From Sphaeroforma arctica JP610 (lineage: Eukaryota), in contig NW_014039859.1 of the NCBI RefSeq assembly GCF_001186125.1, positions 7,244 through 40,262 on the forward strand: 33,019 bases of DNA, read 5' to 3'. Under the pieces are notes generated by a model. It was not told where the DNA came from, searched no databases, and saw nothing but the letters and a program-made list of their open reading frames with translations. The position numbers were made by a program, and so were the translations under genes. Positions 1-11,105 of the stretch are shown here, piece by piece; positions within the stretch are counted from its first letter, which is position 1; each line of letters starts with the position of its first letter.

Positions 1-21
1 GTGTGTGTGTGTGTGTGTGTG
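1..21. repeat. (GT)n microsatellite at the window start
   Basis: gtgtgtgtgtgtgtgtgtgtg read directly. Confidence 0.9.
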
Positions 22-237
22 CACGTATGTTCACACACACTCATGTGTGTGTGCTGGTTTATGTCTAGGAACCGATTACTGTGTGGCTAGGGGCTATAAT
101 TTCAGAAACTAATTGTGTGCATCTGTATGTGCATTATTGGAATAAGTCGGAGATATTGTTGTGCTATCAATTGTAGTTAAAGAGTTTTGATACACGCACT
201 CGCAATCATATCATCCCTATGTTTCGCAGTCACGTAC

Positions 238-517
238 CGTCATTCATCAATTGCTTGTTTATCATAGACATTGCTTGCGGGGGCAAACGCCCATCATTTA
301 TCATGATAGAACGCATTGCTTTCTTTCCAGCATACTTGAAGCTCATGTTGGAAGTGTATATTGTTTGGTAGTCTGGGTGTTTATTCTGGGTCTTCTCGTT
401 ATTAGCGAGGAAGATTCTGATTTTATTAAAATACAGACCGGCATCAGAAGCTGTTCTGCTGTGTGCAGCCTGCACTGCACTCCTGATGACTGGCGAGTGG
501 TTACTGCAGTCGTTCAT
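238..517 (-). CDS. Probable coding exon of an unidentified minus-strand gene continuing off the left end of the window
   Basis: Open frame MNDCSNHSPVIRSAVQAAHSRTASDAGLYFNKIRIFLANNEK...INKQLMND ends at a strong donor G|GTACGT (intron starts at 237). A possible acceptor (TTTTTAG) lies just upstream at ~527. No family recognised. Confidence 0.4.
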
Positions 518-1186
518 TTGCTGTTCTAAAAATTGCGATCAGTTCGGAACTTTGAGGAAAAACTATGTTTGTGAACTGAGACTCTCTGGAGTGCCCTGTC
601 AAGTGTTACTCAGAAGTAGTCAGAACTCATAGTGTTTGTACCACATTTTGTAATGTACAGATCGAAACGAGGCCTGAGGCTCATCAGAGCCTCAAACTCA
701 GAGCCACAAGCAAACCCTCCCAAGCTCCCACTTGGACAGGCCCAGGGCCCAATGCCCCAAACCCAGCGGCCAGACCGCCTTTCTCTACTACTCTCGTTAA
801 ATCTGTATTTAGTACAGAGAGAGTGCGTGTGTGTCCAGGGGAGACTGTGCCAAGGGCTATTAATTATTATACATATTGGGCCCCTGGAGCCCAATAGAAA
901 TGTTCGCTGAATGAAAAATGGATTCTCCCAGGAAAGCTGGTTTTTTTAGTCATAAGTAGTCTATTGTTGTGTTTTCTAATAAAAAGAGTGCTCGTCTCAG
1001 ACTTCAGACTGAGTTCAGAGGGCAAGCAAGTGCTTTGTTTTTGTTTTTTGATTTTGTTTTTTCTACAAATTAAAAATAATATAAATAAAAATAAAAGCAA
1101 AATGCTTTATTTATCTAAAAATCTGCCGGAGTATATACGTTCAAAAAAATATATATATATGAAATACTAGTAGCAGAGTGGTGAAC

Positions 1187-1222
1187 TGGTGACTGGTGAC
1201 TGACTGGCTGACTGACTGACTG
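1187..1222. repeat. (GACT/GACTGGT)n simple repeat
   Basis: tggtgactggtgactgactggctgactgactgactg. Confidence 0.7.
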
Positions 1223-1518
1223 TATGTATTATTATTTTTTGAATAGTTTTGTTTTTACAAAATAATAGTGTATTTTTTTGTTTCCACCTTTTACTCTCAA
1301 GTCTCAAGTCTGGCACTGCCAGGCGCCAAGTCGCCAACTGTCTTTGTTATGTATTATTTTGAAGGAGAAAAATATATATAAAGAGAAGAAAGGTGGAGGA
1401 ACTTGTGAAGATCGAACAGTTATGCTGTTATGGTCAATGGTGTGCAGTTATTATCAAGATACGTAAAAAGTACAGCGCATGATCTTGTGCACTGTGCAAG
1501 GTGGTCCGTGCCCCGTGG

Positions 1519-1766
1519 TACTAGAAAATCTGCGCGTGTTGTGCCGTCTTTTTTTTTAAAGGATAAATGCGTATAAGTGAGAACATTAGTACTTCAAAAT
1601 ATCTGTACTTTATGGTGAACACAACAGTGTATAGTCACTATGCATTGATACCATTATCGAAAGAAGAAAGGAGGAGGAATGGACGCTCTGTGAAGGTCAG
1701 TTATGGCAATGTTATGATATATCATGACAAAATTTCCAATATGATACTAGAAAATCTGCGCGTGTT
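1519..1766 (+). repeat. 22-bp perfect direct repeat TACTAGAAAATCTGCGCGTGTT at 1519-1540 and 1745-1766
   Basis: Two identical copies read directly. Confidence 0.85.
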
Positions 1767-3685
1767 TCTCCATCACTTCAAGATGCGTGTGAATATATAC
1801 CAAGACAATAACAGTCAGTTGACTAGACTTGGCATTTAGCTTCCATCTATAAATAGTGAAATTGAATACTGATACCAAGTTTTTTAATTTCTTTAACAAG
1901 TGCTTACACACCGATAGAGATCACCTGGATCCTGATCCGACACAATCTTCGCTAAAGACTACATTACTCTTCTGTCTATCTACCAAGTTAGTGCTTTGCT
2001 CTTGCGAAACACGACAATAGTCTAGTTGGCCGCGATGTAAGTAACACATCCTTTCGTGAGTGTACACTGGAGTCTATCTTGCCTCGTGCAGACAACTACC
2101 ACGAAGCTGGCACGCGCACAGAGTTGAGCCGAGGGGACCCTCGAGTTTTCGGTTTGGCAGTCAACAATCCATACATTTTCGATCGTGTATCCGGGTTGTG
2201 CTAACTTCATCAAGGGTCTACCCTGCAAGCTTCAATATTCGTTTTGTGGAATGTATCTTCTTGAGTTTGTGGGCGATAATGAAATGTCGCTGGTACAACT
2301 GGCAACAAGTCGAGGCGAGTGCACAACTAATGAGATGGCTTGCTCCACACAGGTTGAGTTTATCAGCTACGCGTTGATGGTCCGGTCATTGGTGGCGAAG
2401 ATCTGTACAGAATTAAAACATATGAGAACTGTGCTCAGTATAAATAGAGCACAATGTATCGGAATGCGGATTCTTGTCTACTACAAAATTACTTTAGATT
2501 GGTGTATATAATAAAGGTCCACACGCTTGAGAATGCATGTTCAATTTTCATAATCCTTGTTCTCGTATCTATCAAGTCATATCAATTTTAGACCTCTACA
2601 CACAATTGATGTGCACAACTGCCAAGTGGCCTGCGATGAATAAGTCACAGAAATTCTGAGACAGCTGACGCATTTGCTTAGTAGTGCAAAATCGCAGTAT
2701 TGAACACAACACAACACAACATTTTGTGGAAGATAGCCGAGTGTCCTGAAATACTATCTGTTTTACTGTTTATCTAAAAGAAATACGATAACCAGATAAA
2801 TCGACACATGCAAAGCTGCCATCCAGACCAGAATTTTACGCAATAGTCAACTATCCGTCGTTCAAATAATTGTTCTATTTTAAAACCTATCTCAGCAAAA
2901 AGCAGTAATATGCATATGCACTTAGCGGTGCAAAGTCACAGAACTGTTGACAATAAAATGAGGAAATCCGGTAAAGTATCTTGGGGTACAACAGAACCAT
3001 ATTTTGCTGTTGTTTATCGAAATGAAACGCGATGAACAGATATCTGTAGGTAGTTGATTTGCGACACATGCTTCAAGTTTAAATTAGTTCTGACAGCCAA
3101 AATTAATTGCTAAGTGGTGCAAACTAGAAGAATTGTTACTCGCGCTGTTTGTAAAACCGAAACACGATATTCAGTTCTCTACACGCAAATGGTGTGTAGC
3201 ACAGCCATTTGGATCAGACTGCCGCACCAAAATCAGCCTTGACCACTTCATATGAATATATAACTATTGACAGCATAAAGCAAGTGTTTAGTGGTACAAC
3301 TCGCACAATCATTCAATAATATATGCATTAGATGGCAAATTAACTTTAAAAACTTCATAGAACACGGAGACCTAGGCATACTGGCTATTCCTGAACGCAC
3401 GAATTCTTAGTAAAGGTGAGGGTATAGAGTTTTTTTCAGAAGCAGATGAACACTCCAAATTGGACGTATGCTTCACAGCACTTTATATATTCTTGCTAGT
3501 ATATAGTCGCCCTAGCGTGTCTATATTCATACACAGTAGTTGTTCCTACATCGCATAGCTTCCAGAGGTACACTTTACTATGAACTAAAAACCCCCTATA
3601 TATGTGCAACATCAATTGCACGGCGTTTATTGTATTTATAAAAATACACCACACCCCAGTCATAGACCTCAGAATTCCAAATGCT

Positions 3686-4002
3686 GGGGTCTGGGACTCT
3701 GGGACTGAGGGGACCTGGGGGCTGGGGCCGCTGGGGGCCTTGCGCTGACGTCGGCTCGCTCTGCATTCAAGTAAACGTTCAACGGAAATGCAACAAATAA
3801 TTGAAATTTGTACGTTTTAAAATGCAAAAAAAAAAAGATATACATATTGCTAACTTCGAAAATTACACGCCCTTAAATTCTCATAAACGTTTAGTTAACG
3901 TATAAACAATTAATTTCTGTAACGTTTTAACGAGAACCCAATTAAAGGTTGTCTTGGAGGCTGGGGGCCGACTGGGGACCCTGGGTCTGGGCCCGCTGGG
4001 GG
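3686..4002 (+). promoter_or_regulatory. Two G-run clusters upstream of RPL11 (3686-3737, 7 runs; 3963-4002, 5 runs) plus a CRE-like TGACGTC at 3746-3752
   Basis: CTGGG(G)-based runs with short loops in AT-rich DNA, 320-640 bp upstream of the RPL11 ATG. A regulatory role is inferred from position only. Confidence 0.4.
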
Positions 4003-4323
4003 CTGTAGAATTCACACATGTGTAATGTGCTGGGTAGAAATTAACGACAAATTGGAAATGTCTAAAATGTTTTAAATTTTCAATATTTTCATTGAAGGTG
4101 GGATGAACTATGTTGATGATATAGTTTACGACATTCAAGTTAATTCGTAGGTAGAGAATTGGGATGGTGCGCGTGCACCACTGACCTGTGAGTTCCATTT
4201 GGGCGCAGAACCAGTGAGCACGAACAAAGTTGTGAATCATTTTGAAGGTGGTATTAGAACTCACTGCGGATAAAGCTCTCTGTCTTTTTTTAGTTTAGCG
4301 TTTCTCTCTGGACTAATTGCAAA

Positions 4324-6392
4324 ATGGTACGTACACACCCACACAGTTGGGCTTCTTGCATGCGCACAGCAATACACACAGTATCTCGTCGCTCAGTATA
4401 CCCATCGAATGCACAATGAAAGAAGAAACTTAGTAACGCGAAATTCTACACAGTGAAATACACCGAAGATGCAGAGATCTGGACTTCAATACGTATAATT
4501 CGTATGATATAAGAATGTTTTAACAACTTGAAGGAACTATCAGCTCAACAAGCAACGACATGACGACAGCCAATATATTGAAACATTCCAGACAAAGATG
4601 GCACATATCATTGAAACGTCCATCACACCACAAATATTTATGAGTACATATGCATGTACGTATATATCTTATATATATATATATATATATATTCGTATAT
4701 ATCTGTCAATGTTCTCACACATATGCCCTAGTGGTACGAGGAAGAAGGGCATGCAGCACATGTGTCAGAAAAGTGAAGACCGCACGGGTAGTAGCCGATA
4801 TATTTGTATATTGCTTGGCACAGTGTGGTAGCACTCTACGTGATGATAATAACAATATGGTATTCAACCAGGAAATGACAGATGCAAGTAATGGATAGAT
4901 AAGTGTATATTGTATGATGCTTGTTGAGCACATTTTCAACAAAGAATGTATATAATACTAATTTGCGCTCGTAGAGTGGTATGCTATCATAACATCTGTC
5001 GATATATTCACTGATAGATCACATACAAACAAAATTGTACACTCTTATACCTCTGCACTAAGCAATCACACTCGTATGCACATGTAATACACTTCTAATA
5101 TGCACGCTTCTATACACGCATTCGATTAGGCTTCCGCTGCCGAACCCGCCCAGACCAAGGCGAACCCCATGAAGGATCTTCGCGTCCGCAAGCTGTGTGT
5201 GAACATCTGTGTAGGAGAGTCAGGTGATCGTCTGACCCGTGCCGCCAAGGTACTAGAGTCTCTTACCGGACAGGAACCCGTTTTCTCAAAGGCCCGATAC
5301 ACTGTGCGATCTTTCTCTATTCGTCGTAATGAGAAGATTGCCGTGCACGCCACCGTACGTGGACCCAAGGCGGAGGAGATCCTCGAGAAGGGACTTAAGG
5401 TATGTATGGGCAGACATGCGTGTTTACAGGGTGATTTAAGTAGGTGCCTTTATTTGAATAGATGGATTTAATTGTTTGTTAGGGTGTTGCATCTAAATTG
5501 TACATATACACATTGTAAAGAACGCGATTATCGTATAGGAACTGTTTCTACTGTGTACAACGCATACAAGTTTGCTTTTGTGCGTGAATATGGTATGTAT
5601 GTTGATGTACTATGTAAAAACTGCGCACTGCGAGAACGGATCCCAATGATGCATAAAATGTCCATGTGAATGACATCAACTGATTAATTCAGATAACACC
5701 ATCTTTCGGCTGAGAGGAATTCGTTTCGCATATCTATTAATGTACAATCACTTGTTTGGGGCTTTGTACTGCTGTTGTATTTGTGTGGAATATAATATAG
5801 TTCTCTGCCTTGCAATCGAATATGTGTATCTATGTATAAGGTTATAGAATACATTCTTACATAGTATATTGGTATTATATCGAGTGTTCATGTGCAACAA
5901 TGTCTCGTGTCATACAGGTTCTCGAATACGAGTTGAAGAAGAGCAACTTCTCGCAGACCGGTAACTTCGGATTCGGTGTACAAGAACACATTGACTTAGG
6001 AATTAAGTACGATCCCAGTATTGGTATCTACGGTATGGACTTCTTCATTGTTATGGGCCGCCCCGGATATTGCATTGCCAAGCGCAAGCGCAAGAACAAC
6101 AGAGTTGGATACCCTCACCGTTGTACAAAGGAAGAGACCATGAAATGGTTCCAACAGAAGTTCGATGGTATGTCATCTCTTTGCTGTATATTTTGCTTGT
6201 TTTTAAAACTGCATATAACTCAGCTTTATGTCCTCGAATGCTGGGTTAGATCTATCGATGTGTGAAAACCCATCTTATTGTCTATAATGTATCCATATAG
6301 TCATTGTGTAGAATATTGGATGCAATAGCCAATGCTTACAAGTATTTTCTCGCGTTTATTTTCACAATGTAGGAATCATCCTTAACAAGTAG
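4324..6392 (+). CDS. RPL11: 60S ribosomal protein L11 (uL5), 180 aa; exons 4324-4326 (ATG only), 5130-5399, 5918-6167, 6373-6392
   Basis: Spliced translation [44 protein letters not shown]...[45 protein letters not shown]...[13 protein letters not shown]. Introns are GTACGT..TAG, GTATGT..CAG and GTATGT..TAG with compatible phases 0, 0, 1. A pyrimidine-rich tract (4276-4309) precedes the ATG. Confidence 0.97.
5641..5718 (+). ncRNA. Box C/D snoRNA in RPL11 intron 2; predicted guide for 2'-O-methylation of the LSU rRNA adenosine equivalent to yeast Am807 (snR39/snR59, SNORD32/SNORD51 target site)
   Basis: C-box variant ATGATGC (5646-5652), D'-like CTGA (5680-5683), D box CTGA (5710-5713). The D box is directly preceded by CACCATCTTTCGG (5697-5709), the exact complement of the conserved LSU segment CCGAAAGAUGGUG. 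The D+5 rule points to the second A of GAAAG. Confidence 0.85.
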
Positions 6393-6454
6393 ATTCATAA
6401 CAACTCTGGTCGGGCGTGCTGGATGATTATAGCGAGCATTCTGTCAGCTGCAGC

Positions 6455-6460
6455 AATAAA
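6455..6460 (+). terminator. Polyadenylation signal of RPL11
   Basis: AATAAA about 60 nt after the TAG stop, followed by GT-rich sequence. Confidence 0.6.
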
Positions 6461-7939
6461 AGTTCATGTGGGTCAGTAAACAGTTGTCAGGGTTTTCTTA
6501 GTATGCTAGCTCGTGTGTACAAGGTGCAATGTAGTGAATCTGTTTTGTTGTGTGTATTCTTGTTTTCACGATGACAGTCAACAATTTAATAGTTTTCACA
6601 TCTTCATGGGCTTGTGTATTCTTCAGTCGCTGTCTTTTATGCAGTAGTATACGAGCTGTATTTTAATATTTGCAAGGGTATCTTGCGTGGCCATGGTTTT
6701 CGAATTGAATGGAATATGAATTGAATGGAATATATATATGTTTACATTGATATTAATATTGTGATCTTCGGAGTGTATATGAGAACGAGCTGTATAAAGA
6801 ATGGATGTGCGTATGTATTCAACGCTAGTGTTTGTCAACTTCTACCGACGTGTTATACTACTAAGAAAACCTAAACCCCCAATCGAAAGTAGAACAATAC
6901 GAGCGAAATTTGTCGTGTATAATGCACGTGCTCGTATATCCGTTAGCGGGTGTATTTACATATTGAGATGTGGACTATATGATCTGTTCATTGCGTGCAA
7001 GAGTCTAGAATCTGTCAGTTCAGTCGTAGGTGCTTATTGATGTCTGAAGGTGGAGAGGATGTAACGGAGCATAGGTCATTACTTTTCGTGCATCGCTCTA
7101 TATGCATGTATGAGATGTAAGTGGTTAAAATATATAAACAAATCTACCACAGCTTGCTATACTCCGATTTCTCAAAAGCTTTTGAATTACCCAGAAATTC
7201 TTTCACATACGTATTCGCCTTGACTGTTGGAAGTATGTGGCGAACAGTATGTTTATCGCTATATATCAGCTACTGTCTTTCTACTTAGCCTGCCGAGATC
7301 AGGTCGTTCATTCTTAGTATATCGCTCTCTGTGTGATGGTTTATGAAAGTATACACTCGGAATTGTAGGCTCAAACTGTCGACACCTATCAGTATGAGGT
7401 CAGAAACAGATTCCCGTGTGTCGAAGAAAATAGAATAAGGTTTTACATACACTTCCTCATATTGTTACTTTAGTGGAATATGTTTTTCCTCCAGTGCATA
7501 AGTTCTTTGTGTTCACGTATATATATTCGTAAGGTGAATTTCTGAGGCCTATAGCCAAGTATCTTGCTTATGGCAGGGGCGATAGTTGTCAGACAGTTAT
7601 TTGGATGGGAGCTGTCTAGCCCTGTGATATACAAATAATCTGTTGGTCCACAGGGTCTGACTCCGAGATATCTGGAATCAGTTGGAATATATTTTTATTG
7701 ATGAAATTGAATAATATTTTGGAAAAAGACACTCCGAAACAGTGCAAATCTCAATTGTAAATATATTTAAATTTAAAACTAGCAAATGTACAACTATACA
7801 CAGTTATATTGAGTATTGACCTACTTCATGATGGCTATATCAATGTCTGCTGCTTCGGCACTATCTCTTGATTTGGTGGATGAATAGAGTAAAGAACAAT
7901 TACATGAATTCGACCCAATTGATAGTGTGACCAGATGCA

Positions 7940-9050
7940 CTTTTTGAAGCTGCTTTCGACAATACGCCAGAACCTACTGGACTAGGCGAAGATCAATCGG
8001 ATTTAGTACATGTGTGGCGCCATGCACTTAAGGATATTTTCCATCTAATGGATATGTTGCCAGTGTCAAAAATTCATGGTTATCACTGGGAGTTTTAGCA
8101 AGTCTTTCGCGATGCCATTGTTGCAGATAGTGTGGATGATATGAAGAAAGTATCCAAGGGTACTTGAACAGCGAGGAGACACTTAACAATATGTTAGAGG
8201 CCGCAAATACATACGTAGAAAAGTCAGGAGACATATTCCAGGGCCTCGACGAAACAGTACGTAATGTTAGAGGCCGCAAATACATACGTAGAAAGTCAGG
8301 CGACATATTCCAGGGCCTCGACTGCTTCATAAACGTGTGAAGAGGATCTTTGATCCAATGCAGGAATGGCTAATTCGCGTACCGGCGCGACGCTATACAA
8401 TGACAAGGCTAGACAGCAAGCAAAAGTAATACTCGAGCTTAGAAGGCGACTACGTATCCGACCCACTGGATGTGAATTTGTATACGTGTGACAAAGTAGT
8501 CACGGCGGTATCTAGCTGTAGTTGTGTGCTAGAGAATTGAACAATGTAGAATCCGTCATTCATCAGACCTTATCCCTCAGGTTCGGATATACAATTACAA
8601 AAGGTACATTTGTTATCGACTTCATGGCATACATGAGACAACAAATGATACAAACAAGACATAAAACAGTCATTGGATACTTCGAGACTGAATTGGTGGA
8701 TTGGAGAACTGTATCCAAGACTGGATGTCTACGTTGCGACCAACGCAACTTTTGAATTTGCACCTTTGCGACATTTATTTGATGGACGATTCTAAAATCC
8801 AATTGGAGACCAAGCTGGATGATAAACGAACCCCAAAAGACTATGATCATATTTATGTTTATGTAGAGACATGCAAACCGTACAGGAGTAGCTTCTGTTT
8901 GCGCAATTCAGTCGGCAGGCTGAATCTTACAGCTTAGACAGAAGTGAGAAAAATCGTTTAATTATGGCAGAATGGAACAAGCGAGTCGTAGGTAGTACAT
9001 GTCGAGACGACTCGAGCTCAACTATTGATATGCACTGAGCGCATATCAAC
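7940..9050 (+). mobile_element. Degenerate DDE DNA transposase, C-terminal part; likely Dada superfamily (DxxH type)
   Basis: Colinear motifs across stops and frameshifts: LKDIFHLMDMLPVSKIHG..F.QVFRDAI (DxxH at 8033-8044), KVRRHIPGP, TGATLYNDKARQQAKVILEL, YVSDPLDVNLY (8451), CARELNNVESVIHQ (putative catalytic E at 8549-8551), MAEWNKRV (8964). The order matches the fungal/fish family I recall as DPFH...RVRRYIPPP...GYISDPPGV...CxRGTNSVE. The superfamily name is from recall, not a search. Confidence 0.7.
8191..8322 (+). repeat. ~60-bp near-tandem duplication inside the transposase remnant (8191-8250, 8264-8322)
   Basis: atgttagaggccgcaaatacatacgtagaaa(a)gtcagg[a/c]gacatattccagggcctcgac occurs twice, 13 bp apart. 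Confidence 0.9.
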
Positions 9051-9052
9051 GG

Positions 9053-10549
9053 CAGAGTCGCATAGTGATGAATGGCACTTGCATTCGCAATTGAGAGATA
9101 GTGTTGAAGTATATGGTGAAACAACTGAAGATGTGACCTAAAACCGTCAAGCTGGGGTGGCTTTACCAAGCCTCGAGCCAAAGCAAACTAGATACTGGAG
9201 CTGAGTACTTGCCGCTTTCGGCAAACCTGACACAGACAATATTGCAAGACCGGTAGCAATGGAAGTTCAAGAGAAATCAAGGTCAAACCAGCGTTGTCGG
9301 CGCCAGAAGCATTTTCCAATAAACCTGACCCGTACCAATGGAAGTTCAAGAGAAATTATGGCAAAACCAGCGCCGTCGGCGACACCGGACATGCGGACAT
9401 ACATACTGTCCAATATATCTTGATCGGCCAGCTCTACAGCCGAATCCGGAATCGAACAACAGTACACAAATCAAGCAAACTCAATCAAATCAGCAACCAT
9501 AATATGATCAACCAACGAGTAGACAAACCTTCTTCAAAACAACAGCAGAGTCGCATAGTGATGAATGACACTTGCATTTGTAATTGAAAAATAATACTGA
9601 AGTATTCACTTAAATAAATTAAGAGGTGACCAGTGCGCAGGAAAAAATCGACAGGCCGAGGTTGCTGTACCACGATTCGAGTCAAAGCAAATTGCAGCTG
9701 ATACTGGAGCGGAATACTTGCCGCTGCCCTTCGTAAACCTGATACGGACAACATTGCGAGACCAGGAGCAACGAAAGTTCAAGAGATATCAGTCATCCAC
9801 ACCTTACCCACACCTTGCATACTGTCCATCAAATCTTGTTCGGCCCGCTCTACAGCCGAATCCGAAGTCGAACAATTGTACAAAAACCAACTAACTCAAC
9901 AAAATAAGCAATCACATGATTAATCAACGAGTATACAAAATTGCTTCAAACAGCAGCAGAGTCGAATAGTGATTTACGACAGTTGCATTCGCAAGTGAGA
10001 AACGCTAAAATAATTGAAGAGGTGACCAGTTCGAAGGAATAAAATTGTCAACCAACCGGAGGATACTGTATCACGTTTCGAGCCGGAGCAAACTGTAACT
10101 GATACTGGTGCTGACTACTTGCTACCTTTGGTATTCCTGATACAGGCAATATCGCAAGACCAGTATTAATGGAATTTAAGAGAATTTAAGGTCAAGATAG
10201 CGTCGTCCACGTACATACTATCCAATACGTCTTGAACGGCCCGCTCTAAAGCGGAATTTGGAATCGAACAACAGCACATCAAACCAACAAACTCAACAAA
10301 ATCAGCAATCACAACACGATCAATCAACAAGTATTTAAGCCTGATTCAAAACAACAGCAGAGTCGTATAGTGATGTACACTTGCATTCGCAATTGAGAAA
10401 TAATACTGAGGTACCCGCTAAAATAGCTGAAGAGGTGACCAGTACGCAGAAATAAAATCGTCAAGCCAAGGTTACTGTATCATGATCCGAGCCGAAGCTA
10501 ATTGTAGCTGATGCAAGAGCTGAGTGCTTGCTGCCTTTGGCAAACACTG
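9053..10549 (+). repeat. Diverged ~400-bp tandem repeat (~3.5 units), apparently once protein-coding
   Basis: Anchor cagagtcg.atagtgat...cacttgcattcgcaattgaga at 9053, 9546, 9957 and 10358 (periods 493, 411, 401; unit 1 has an internal duplication). Confidence 0.85.
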
Positions 10550-11017
10550 GTGATCACGAGGGAAACTTTTATTTTCGCACTTACATACGGAGTGCGTTAC
10601 AGCTTAAATCCATATCAAACATTGTCTCGTCAGGACGATTACACATTGTAAAGGAAGTAAAAGTATTATTTACTTGAGCTACTTAACCGTACTGGTGTTA
10701 TATGCCATACAATCGTTTTCCCTAAACGTTTATTTCTTACACGTATAGAAGACATAACAATGATTCTTCTACTTCGAAGAAACGGAAATCTGAGACGAAG
10801 ACTGGCACCGCCGGCGCCGAAGCAAACAAGGCCGTCGCCGAAGAGAACAAGGTCACTGCCGAAGCAATTGTCGCCAGCAAAAACCGCCAAGCAATGAAGA
10901 AGCTCAGACTAGAGAAGCAAGGGGGTCTGAAAAGACTACAGACTTAAAGAGCACGCAAGTGGATTCATTACACCCTACCTTTGCTCTAGAAGAGTAGAAT
11001 AAGAAATTTACCCTCAT

Positions 11018-11105
11018 ATGGGCAACGTTATGAATAGATTCTGGCTTCTCTTGCCATGTGTTACCATGGCTAGAGAAGGTAGAAAGTATTCATAACGTTG
11101 TACAT
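11018..11105 (+). ncRNA. Candidate pre-miRNA / hairpin RNA (88-nt symmetric fold-back); transcribed strand not established
   Basis: 36 of 41 positions pair (including 2 G-U), no bulges, 6-nt loop TGTTAC. The stem includes a perfect 14-bp CAACGTTATGAATA/TATTCATAACGTTG. The hairpin is certain; expression is unknown. Confidence 0.45.

Noticed and set aside
2000..2511. Overlapping short ORFs in moderately GC-rich DNA
   Set aside because: No recognisable domain or consistent splice signals.
6211..6343. Two stems (6217-6247, 6288-6324) and an ACA at 6338 in RPL11 intron 3, resembling an H/ACA snoRNA
   Set aside because: No ANANNA H box in the hinge, and no pseudouridylation pocket target recognised.
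9053..10549. Repeat arrays (also 19372-19522 and 31621-31695) considered as CRISPR-like
   Set aside because: Whole units are homologous with no unique spacers, the context is eukaryotic, and there are no cas genes.
7561..10562. U1 snRNA-like fragments flanking the Dada-like element (TGGCAGGGGCGATA at ~7571; TGATCACGAGGG at ~10551), suggesting insertion into a U1 gene
   Set aside because: The invariant U1 5' end ATACTTACCTG, the 3' strand of stem I and the Sm site are absent. Short matches to the vertebrate sequence are compatible with chance.
10750..10947. K/R/A-rich open frame (SKKRKSETKTGTAGAEANKAV...KNRQAMKKL) sharing KNRQAMK with the VPS54 exon
   Set aside because: No assignable family or splice structure. 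The shared peptide is low-complexity and the codons differ.
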